Source: Prasinococcaceae sp. CCMP 1430 (lineage: Eukaryota > Plantae > Prasinodermophyta). Taken from it: 15,834 nucleotides of DNA. Positions 8,697 through 15,834 of this stretch are shown in pieces. The translations under genes and the position numbers were made by a program. The notes beneath the pieces are model-generated. The model saw only the letters and a list, made by a program, of their open reading frames with translations, was not told the DNA's origin and ran no database searches. The stretch lies in contig RQSC01000028.1 in NCBI GenBank assembly GCA_013416795.1, forward strand, positions 110,094 through 125,927, in the 5' to 3' direction. The stretch's first letter is position 1; every line of letters begins with the position of its first letter.

Positions 8697-8933
8697 CTGC
8701 GAAGCGCGCACGCGCGCGAGGAGCGCGCGAGAAGCGCGCGAGGAGCGCGCACAAATATTTGCGCGTGAAGCGGAGCAGTAGCATGACAGCGACGGTGTCA
8801 GACGCCCGGCGCGTCAGACCTTGAGACGCGTATCGCCACTGGGTGCGCTCAAGCACCAACACCGCGCCGCAGCGCGCCCCATTCCATTGCCGCGCTCGAG
8901 CGAGCGCTGGCAGCTTCGCTGGTCGGCACGTAC
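8697..8933 (-). other. 237-nt phase-0 GT-AG intron of the DUF1757-like gene
   Basis: GAA|GTACGT donor, two TCTGAC branch-like words and GCAG|GAC acceptor. The splice gives ..DTEGVE|DRVYR.. in frame. Confidence 0.8.
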
Positions 8934-9374
8934 TTCGACGCCTTCTGTGTCTGGGATGGTCGAGATCTTCGCCGCGCCCAGCGCTCCGCTCAGAGCGACG
9001 CCGCCCAGGGCCGACAGCGCCATCGTGCGCCCCGCGACGGTGGGCTTCAGCGCCGCACCCACGCCGAAGCGCCACGCCTGCACGCCGATGATGGGCACGC
9101 CGACAACGGAGCCCACCTGCCAGCCTTTTTGGAGGATGTGGCCCATGAGGTGCGCCGAGGCCGACGCCTCACGCCAGCTGCTGCCTGTGGCAGCGCCGCC
9201 GCCCTCGCCGTCGTCGCCAGTGGGGCCTGCCTGTGGCGGCGACGGGCTGGCGGGCGCCTCGCCCGGGCCATCAGCGCGGGCGGCCTCCTTGCCCGCGTTC
9301 TCGCCGCCGCCCGCCCCATCGCCAGCCCCCTGCTTCCTCTTGGCGAACGGCCACCGCCAGTCGCCGAAAGCCAT
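8934..9374 (-). CDS. DUF1757-like small membrane protein, exon 1
   Basis: ATG at 9374 (MAFGDWRWPF..), HILQKGWQVGSVVG and two hydrophobic segments. 441 nt, ending at the GTACGT donor. Confidence 0.72.
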
Positions 9375-9563
9375 TCTCCCAGCTAGCGGAGCCTCGTCCC
9401 CCGCAAACCTCCCCACCCGAGGCGCCTCCTCCTCAGCGTGCGACGGGGCGGGAGCGCGTGTGACTGGCGCAGGCGGCGGCGCCGCCGCCGCCCGGCCCGT
9501 ACCTGCCCCCGCCCCCGCAGCGCCGCACCGCGCACTGCCGCCGCGCGCGCGCGCGGCACGCAT

Positions 9564-9571
9564 TAGGGTTT
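9564..9571 (-). promoter_or_regulatory. Telo-box (AAACCCTA)
   Basis: TAGGGTTT on +, about 190 nt upstream of the ATG at 9374, at the edge of an intergenic island. Confidence 0.5.
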
Positions 9572-9860
9572 AGAAACGAAACAGGGTTTGTATCATAGAT
9601 GCAATTTGACCGTGACGCGATCGCATTCTTTGGGGTTCGGCGATTTCCATCGCCACCCTGTCAAAATGTGCTGCGCGTGCCGCGTTCGCACAGGGCTGGA
9701 CGCGTGCGTTCTGATGGAGAGCCATATGCATTTGCATGTGCGGCTCCCCAAAGCCCAACCCCAACCGCCGCGCGCGCCCGAATAAAAAAACGGCCCGACA
9801 GATCGTGGCCGTCATCGTCATCGCCGCCTGGGCCGCCTGCGCATGGCTGCGGCGTGTTTT

Positions 9861-10076
9861 TGTGTGTGTGTGGGTGATGTACACCACCTTTTGCGCGTGT
9901 GCGTGTGCGTGTGTGTGGTGGTGGGTGTGTGGGTGGGTGTGGGTGTGGGTGCGGGTGTGGGTGTGTGGGTGGGTGGGTGTGCGTGGGTGTGGGTGTGGGT
10001 GTGTGGGTGGGTGTGGGTGTGCGTGTGGGTGGGTGGGTGCTTGTGTGTGTGGAGGTGGGGTGTGGGGGGTGGGTGG
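9861..10076. repeat. Irregular TG(1-3)-type simple repeat
   Basis: A run of GT, GGT, GGGT and GTGGGT units with very few other bases. Confidence 0.92.
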
Positions 10077-10962
10077 CACACGCCTGCGTGCGCGCGCGCG
10101 TGTGTTCAGCCCGCCGACGCGGAGAAGCTTCCGGGCGACCGTTGGTAAAAACGCATGGCGCCCAAAAACGGGCGTGGGGGCACACGCTCGGCGTCGCTCG
10201 CGCCGAAAGCGCCTTCCGTCGAACGCCGCGGCGGTCCCGTTTGATGGCGCGACGGGCGGCGCGTCGCGGGACGCCGCGCGGCGCTCCGACATTCCGCCGA
10301 CGTTCGTTCCCGCCGACAACAACACGGACTGACCGCGCGCATGCGAACTCCAATCAGACAAAATGAATTTCAATTTTAAAAATTCCGATATCATGTGCGA
10401 AATTTCATCCGGGATTTACGGGGGGCACGCGTGCTGCTGGCGACGGCAGCACAACGGGGCGTGTGCGTGCCATCGATCCGAGGGGGGCTCGACACGCGGG
10501 GCGCGACAGGGGATTCCGTCGCCGACGCGCGGCTTTTGACCGGAATCCGCATGTGCCGGGAACTGGGATTCGCGGCTTGTGACCGGACTCCGAAATCTGG
10601 CGGGAGAGCAGTAGCAGGGCGGCGGTGCGCCGAGCGCGCGTTCGAAAACGGCGCCGGCCGGACCGGCGCGGCGCCCGCGTCCGGCGTCGTTCCTGATCAA
10701 GAAGGCGGCGGGTACGTGCGCCGCGAGCGGGGCCTTTTTTCCGTCGCCGTTTTGGAATCGCCGGGCCGGGCCAGGCGCGGGCCCGCGGGTGCCACACCGC
10801 GCGCGGCGCAACCCAACCCGACACGCGCACGCGCGAGCACACACCTTCGCCTCCTGCCTGCGCGCGGCCGGTGGCCGCCGACTCGCCGCGACCGAGGGCG
10901 CAGGGGCCCGCCGTGCGCGCGCGGGCCCGCCAGCAGGCATTCGCTCGGTGGCCACACGTGAC

Positions 10963-11226
10963 GTAAGTCACGCAGCGCGACGTGAGGCGTGGCCTGGACA
11001 AGGGAGCTTCTCTGCTCGGTACGACGCGAGCGTCGCGCGCGGCGCGCAGTGTGGCTGTCCCGACGCGTCGGACGCGCGCGCGAGGCCGCGGCGCGTGTCG
11101 GCGTGCCGGCGTGCTTGAAGTGACCGAGCTTCACACGACCACCGCCGCGCGACGCACGGGCGGCACGCACGCACACGCGCCTCCGCTGCATCCACCCACT
11201 GACACACGAGCACCCTTTTTCTGCAG
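10963..11226 (+). other. Probable 5'-UTR intron of the RING gene
   Basis: GTAAGT donor at 10963, ACTGAC branch-like word near 11200 and CCTTTTTCTGCAG acceptor ending at 11226, 52 nt before the ATG. Confidence 0.55.
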
Positions 11227-11278
11227 TCCCTCCACGTTCCAGTCACAAAGCATCTCCGTCCACTGGCACCCTGGGCTG

Positions 11279-12280
11279 ATGGTCGACATTAGTCCCCCCA
11301 CTAAGGAAACCTTAGTGGTCTTCGTCGCGGTCTGTACCTATACTGTCTTGCTCGTACACAAGAGAGAGTATTTGTTCAACATCTGGATTCTCTGGGGCAT
11401 AGGTATCATCGTCTGGACGAGCGCGCTGCTGGTCATGTACACCGGGGCGTGGCTCGCCGCGTGGCTCGTGTGCAGCCTCGGGCTCTGCGACAGGGCTGCG
11501 CTCGCGGAGTGGGGCAGCGCCGGTTTCTGGCAAGCCATCTATGACTTTATGTCAGGTTACTACGCAGTCCAACTCTACTGCGCGGGCACGTACTGGGCCG
11601 GCCGAATCGTCGACGCTGCCAGGCCTTTCTTCGACGTCGCCATGCACGAATGGCAAGAGTTGGCAGCGCGCAGGCGCGCCAAGGCCGCGGTCGCACTGAG
11701 GCGCCTGGAGCAGGAAGCCAGGGTGCCAGCAGTGATCCGCTTCAGGCCGGTCGCGGCGCCCGGACGGCAGCCAACGCCTCAGGGTGCCCCCGCGCCTCAG
11801 GCTGCGACTGCGGCCGCAAGCACGAGCTCGGCTGCTCCTGCACGTGCGGCTGTGCAACCCGACCCCACCGGCCCGCTTGACGCACCATTCGAGCTCGAAG
11901 TCAACTCCGGCGACGCCACCCCTGCAGAGATAAGAGCCATTGTCACGGGCATCGTGGGAAGGCCCTCGGGGCAGGAGCGGCCCGAAGGCTTGGCGCTCGG
12001 GCTTGCGCCGCGATCCCTGGAGTGTGCAATCTGCCTCGATCTGATGACCAACCCCTGTAGTACGCCGTGCTGTGGCGCGAGCTTCTGCAGGGCGTGCCTG
12101 CAGGAGCACCTTGACAAAAAGCAGGCGATTGGCGCGCGCAAGGAGTGCCCGTGGTGCAACAAAGATATGCCGAGCGCGCCCGCGGTCAACCGCATACTAC
12201 GCGCAATATGCGTCGACGAGGCGGAGGCAAGGGCCCGCGGCGTCGACCCCGACTCGGAGGCCCTGGCGATAGCAGCCTGA
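11279..12280 (+). CDS. Membrane-anchored RING-finger protein, putative E3 ligase, 333 aa
   Basis: N-terminal hydrophobic helices (LVVFVAVCTYTVLLV, IWILWGIGIIVWTSALLVMY) and a C-terminal CAIC..PCCGASFCRAC..CPWC. First in-frame ATG at 11279. Confidence 0.8.
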   Translation: MVDISPPTKETLVVFVAVCTYTVLLVHKREYLFNIWILWGIGIIVWTSALLVMYTGAWLAAWLVCSLGLCDRAALAEWGSAGFWQAIYDFMSGYYAVQLYCAGTYWAGRIVDAARPFFDVAMHEWQELAARRRAKAAVALRRLEQEARVPAVIRFRPVAAPGRQPTPQGAPAPQAATAAASTSSAAPARAAVQPDPTGPLDAPFELEVNSGDATPAEIRAIVTGIVGRPSGQERPEGLALGLAPRSLECAICLDLMTNPCSTPCCGASFCRACLQEHLDKKQAIGARKECPWCNKDMPSAPAVNRILRAICVDEAEARARGVDPDSEALAIAA

Positions 12281-12758
12281 GTGCATGCCATCGTTGTGTT
12301 ACTACATGGCGATTGACGACCAGCGCGGTGTCGCGCCAATGGCATCATCCGACCATCTGTCAACACTTCACGCACACAATGTGCAGTGTGCACAGTAACT
12401 GCACACCATCCTGGCGATCACGAACTTCGCATGGACAGGCGAGGACGCCGTAAAAAACTCACAGAGGGGGAAAGGGGAGCGATCACAACAGCACGGCTAG
12501 TCTACTCGACTCACACACACCGTGCACCGGAGCCATTTATTGTATGCAGACAGGGGATGACGAAGCACGACTCCGTCAGAGGGGAGCGATTCGGATCGTT
12601 CGGACATCACACACGCAAGACTGTCGACGACCACCAGGTCGTCAGATAGCTTTGCTATATACTCAACGACTAGTGTGTGTGGTATACACACACATGACTA
12701 CTTGTACTACTTCAGTACTTCGAAGTACTTCGGGAAGTACTACCACACCTCACGCACT

Positions 12759-12763
12759 TTACA
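12759..12763 (-). promoter_or_regulatory. Candidate TGTAA polyadenylation signal for the SDR gene
   Basis: TTACA on + (TGTAA on -), about 310 nt past the SDR stop. Confidence 0.4.
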
Positions 12764-13070
12764 TCATAGCGATTTCGTGACATACTTCACGAGCAGAGAG
12801 AGGCGAGGACGCCGCACGCCGGCGACCCCAGAGGGAGAGCGACCACGGACAACAGAGAGCGCACCGGCCGCGCACCACATGCGCGCGCGCAATGTGGAGC
12901 ACCCCGAAGGCGGGTTTTCACATGTTGCGAAGTCGCAGCAGACCACTGCAGCACAGTCTGAGAGCACTTTCTTATAAATGCGAGCATGTTGTCCCTGACT
13001 CCTCTCTCTCAAACGAGGCGATGCACGCGCGGCTCTGGCGCTTTCGGGCGCAGTCGGACGAGCGCGCCCT

Positions 13071-13859
13071 TCACCAGACGACGGGCTTGCCGTCCCGAGA
13101 GAAGCTGTCGCCGCCAAGGGCAGCGCCGCGCCCCGCGAGGATGGAGCGCGCGCCCTGCTCGGCCGACCTGGTCGCCTCCGCGCCGCCCATGCGCGTGCGA
13201 CACCAGCCGGGACACACGGCGGCCACGCGCACGCCCCGCGGCTCCCACTGCTCGGCCATCAGGCGCGTGGCCCGGTTGAGCGCCGCCTTGGAGACCTTGT
13301 AGGGCGCCACGAACGCCGTCGCCATCGCCGCGTCGCTCGCGTCAAAGGGCAACGAGAGGACCTCGTCGACCGTCTCGCACGCGCCCAAGCGCCGACGGTA
13401 GCCCTCGCTGACCTCCGACAGCTTGCCATAGCCGCTCGAGACGTTGAGCACGCACGCCTCGTTCTCCTGCTCGAAGGCGTCCGCCTGCATTAGCGCCTGC
13501 GCCAGCCTGACGGGCCCGATGACGTTCACCTCGAACGACTCCTCGAAGGCGGCCGCGTCCCACGAGTCGAGGTACACGCCGGCGTTGTTTACCAGCAGCG
13601 CGACACCGCCGGCATCCGCGGAAGCCCTCCGGGCCACCTCCACGACGGCCTCAGCCGCCTCGCTGTCCTTGGCGAGCGCGCGCACGTCAAGCTCCGCCGC
13701 TGCGTGCCTGCCCACGCCGCCCGGGAGGCGCTCCGCCGTGCCGCGCGCGTCGGCCGCGCGCCGCGCGACGGCCAGCACCGAGTAGCCCTCATCCGCCAGC
13801 AGCTGGGCCGCCGCGAAGCCCAGGCCGCGGTTGGCACCCGTCACTACTGCGAGCGGCAT
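13071..13859 (-). CDS. Short-chain dehydrogenase/reductase, carbonyl-reductase-like, intronless, 262 aa
   Basis: TGANRGLG, NNAG, catalytic YKVSK and VCPGWCRTRMGG. Start GCAGCC-ATG at 13859. Confidence 0.92.
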   Translation of the reverse strand: MPLAVVTGANRGLGFAAAQLLADEGYSVLAVARRAADARGTAERLPGGVGRHAAAELDVRALAKDSEAAEAVVEVARRASADAGGVALLVNNAGVYLDSWDAAAFEESFEVNVIGPVRLAQALMQADAFEQENEACVLNVSSGYGKLSEVSEGYRRRLGACETVDEVLSLPFDASDAAMATAFVAPYKVSKAALNRATRLMAEQWEPRGVRVAAVCPGWCRTRMGGAEATRSAEQGARSILAGRGAALGGDSFSRDGKPVVW

Positions 13860-13885
13860 GGCTGCCACGCACACCGACCCCCCAG

Positions 13886-14097
13886 ACACGCACCCGCCCT
13901 CCCTGCTCGCGCTCGCGCTCCAGCAGCGGCCCGCTGCGCCTGCCGCCGCACTGGGCCTGCCGCCGCGCGCCGGCCGCTGGCGCGCAGCGATGGTATGCGC
14001 GCCGCTCGAGGCGCTGCTGCTGGCGCTCGCAGGGCCTCCCGCCGCCGCCGCGGCCTCCTCTGACGAGCCACCCCCCGGTGGCGCTCCGCCGAGCTAA
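13886..14097 (+). CDS. Putative orphan terminal exon of an unidentified gene
   Basis: CCGACCCCCCAG acceptor-like end at 13885, then about 70 codons with coding-like G/C third positions (SLLALALQQRP..CAPLEALLLALAG..) ending in TAA and followed by lower-GC sequence. No family recognised. Confidence 0.4.
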
Positions 14098-14330
14098 CGC
14101 GCTGTGGCAACGACGCGCGGGGCAGGAGCTTCGCACAGGGCACCTATGCAACGCCAACGCGCACATGTCGTAACGTCGTGGCTTTGCAACACGAGACACC
14201 CCACGCGCAGGCGCTGGCTAGCTAGGCGCTCAGGGCGCGCTCCGCGTCGAGAATGGACGCGAGAGCAACACTTGCAGTACGGAGTATGTATGCAACGCCT
14301 ATGTGCGCGGTGTCGCAGGTCCCGCCCTAG

Positions 14331-14588
14331 TTAGTCCTCGACGATGGACGTCGCCTCCCGTGCCGTCTTGCCGGCGAGCGCGCCAAGCTCCTTCTGCGCG
14401 AGCATCGCCGCGCGGATCTCATCGAGCGACACCTCGCGCAGCTCGGGCGGCTTCTCACGCGCCTCGTCGATCTCGCCCATCAGCACGAGGTTCTCGCCGC
14501 GCACGACGTACAGGCCCAGCGGCTCGTCGGCGAAGCGCTCCGCCACGATGTGGCGCTCGTACGTCTGCTCGAGGACCATGTTCGAAAA
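14331..14588 (-). CDS. LSM1: Sm-like protein LSM1, last exon
   Basis: FSNMVLEQTYERHIV..DEPLGLYVVRGENLVLMGEID matches the end of Sm1 and the Sm2 motif of LSM1. Similarity starts at acceptor GTCCTCAG|TTT. TAA at 14331-14333. Confidence 0.88.
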   Translation of the reverse strand, partial: FSNMVLEQTYERHIVAERFADEPLGLYVVRGENLVLMGEIDEAREKPPELREVSLDEIRAAMLAQKELGALAGKTAREATSIVED

Positions 14589-14766
14589 CTGAGGACGCGC
14601 GTGTACGCGAGAGCAGGGGGGGGGGCACGCGAGGGAGTGCGCGAGTTCGCGGGCGCGGGCGTCCGTGAGCGCGTGCGCGGGGACGAGACACGCACGGGTG
14701 CGCGTGCACAGGTGCGCCGGCGCGCGCGCGCGGTTCGCGGCCGCCGGGTCGGCGGTCCCGGCGGCC

Positions 14767-15010
14767 ATGTCGGCGTTCGAGGAGCTGGGCGTGTGCCCGG
14801 AGATCATCCGCGCGGTGGAGGAGCTGGGCTGGCTGCTGCCGACGCCCGTGCAGGCGGAGTCGGTGCCGCTGGTGCTCACCGGCGGCGACGTGCTCGCCGC
14901 CGCCGAGACGGGCTCGGGCAAGACGGGCGCGTTCGCCATCCCGCTGCTGCAGGTCGTGCACGAGGCGCGCGCGGACGCCGCCGCGCAGGCGGCGTCCGGC
15001 GATGCGGCGG
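14767..15010 (+). CDS. DDX1: DEAD-box RNA helicase DDX1, 5' part, truncated by the gap
   Basis: [22 protein letters not shown] (Q motif) and the DDX1-type motif [22 protein letters not shown]. Start GCGGCC-ATG. Confidence 0.87.
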
Positions 15011-15110
15011 NNNNNNNNNNNNNNNNNNNNNNNNNNNNNNNNNNNNNNNNNNNNNNNNNNNNNNNNNNNNNNNNNNNNNNNNNNNNNNNNNNNNNNNNNN
15101 NNNNNNNNNN
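15011..15110. other. Assembly gap (100 N, true size unknown)
   Basis: Exactly 100 N. The DDX1 remainder cannot fit in 100 nt and does not resume after the gap. Confidence 0.97.
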
Positions 15111-15214
15111 CGTTGGCACCGGCCGAAAGGTCGGTGCTGGAGGCTGCGTGGCTCAGCCAGCGCCCGCCGAGCGCGCGCGCACCTCTGGCACCCCTCGGGC
15201 GCCTCTCCCCACAT
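15111..15214 (-). CDS. Possible 5' end of a minus-strand gene with a 39-nt intron (15144-15182)
   Basis: ATG at 15214 (MWGEAPEGCQ), AG|GTGCGC donor and GCTGAG-CCACGCAG acceptor, next to a promoter-like island. Reading frame and identity are uncertain. Confidence 0.35.
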
Positions 15215-15336
15215 CGGCGCCGCTGCCGCCACCTCCCTCCTCCCCCCACTTCCCCTTGTCCCCCCTCCCACCCCTTCCCCCCTTCGGCCCCGCCGCGCCG
15301 CGGGGTTTCGGCCGCTGCGCCTTTTCTCGCATTCAG

Positions 15337-15368
15337 ACCCTAAACATTCCTAACCCTAATCCAAACCC
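15337..15368. promoter_or_regulatory. Cluster of telo-box-like words
   Basis: ACCCTAAA, TAACCCTAA and AAACCC within 32 nt at the island edge. Confidence 0.4.
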
Positions 15369-15746
15369 GTTGATGATTTTCTCGATTGCGCAGATCGGGA
15401 TGGATCGGGCGCGGCTGCGGCGCCCTTTTCCGCGCGGATGCGCCGCGCGCCGGCCAAATGGGACGCGTACGTAAAAGATACGTGCAACGCGCATGCATTC
15501 GTCTACGCGCGGAGTCCGAATTCTTGTCTTTTCGTAAAAAAAAAGGACCTTCATCTTAGTAACAACCTTCCCCCCCCACCCCGACAGCACCCGTTCCACG
15601 TAACGCATTTCGCTCGCATTTCATGCGCGCTTCCGCGTATCTGATACCAAGCACGAATGGGCAGTTGAGACGCGCGCATTTGCCGGAGCGAGGCGCGCGC
15701 GGCCCCACTTTTTTTTTTTTCCCGGGAGCGCGCGCGCCCCCGCGCG

Positions 15747-15801
15747 CGCGTGCGTTTTGATGGGGGGCATCGCCTTCGAGGCCCCCATCGAAACGCACGC
15801 G
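15747..15801. repeat. Inverted repeat with 20-bp arms (1 mismatch) and a 15-nt spacer
   Basis: CGCGTGCGTTTTGATGGGGG (15747-15766) pairs with CCCCCATCGAAACGCACGCG (15782-15801). The arms carry the same motif as the 3.1-3.6 kb array. Confidence 0.85.
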
Positions 15802-15834
15802 GGCCGCTCGCGCGGCGCGCGCGCGCGTGGCGGG

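Noticed and set aside
9563-10076. Chromosome end or true telomere
   Set aside because: Only isolated telomere-like words, an internal position and genes on both sides.
9570-10394. His/Thr/Pro-rich and Val/Gly/Cys/Trp-rich ORFs
   Set aside because: Translations of the TG simple repeat.
10982-11278. N-terminal extension of the RING ORF
   Set aside because: Non-ATG start lying within a probable 5'-UTR intron (10963-11226).
14665-15474. ORFs continuing across the N run
   Set aside because: The gap size is a placeholder, and the post-gap sequence has no DDX1 or clear LSM1 similarity.

Overview
Very GC-rich, gene-dense eukaryotic DNA with spliceosomal introns. A PLATZ gene, TGTAA-type poly(A) signals and telo-box motifs point to a green alga; the species cannot be identified from sequence alone. 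Genes: a 5'-truncated PLATZ factor (+), an Aha1_N/LRR protein (-), MCM3 (+, split), eIF3m (-), a two-exon DUF1757-like membrane protein (-), a transmembrane RING protein (+), a carbonyl-reductase-like SDR (-), the last exon of LSM1 (-) and the start of DDX1 (+), which runs into a 100-N gap. The main oddity is interlocked gene architecture. A complete, intronless eIF3m gene lies antisense inside an inferred 1394-nt GC-AG intron of MCM3, whose two junctions carry the same 8-bp word GATGGCAG. DDX1 starts antisense just inside an apparent LSM1 intron. The SDR start codon abuts an orphan + strand terminal exon. MCM3 also lacks its expected N-terminal exon locally. Three promoter-like intergenic islands share a CCATCA(A/G)AACGCA motif; the first holds a ~127-bp tandem array and a 28-bp E2F-type palindrome. 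All splice calls are inferred from sequence, and assembly errors cannot be excluded.
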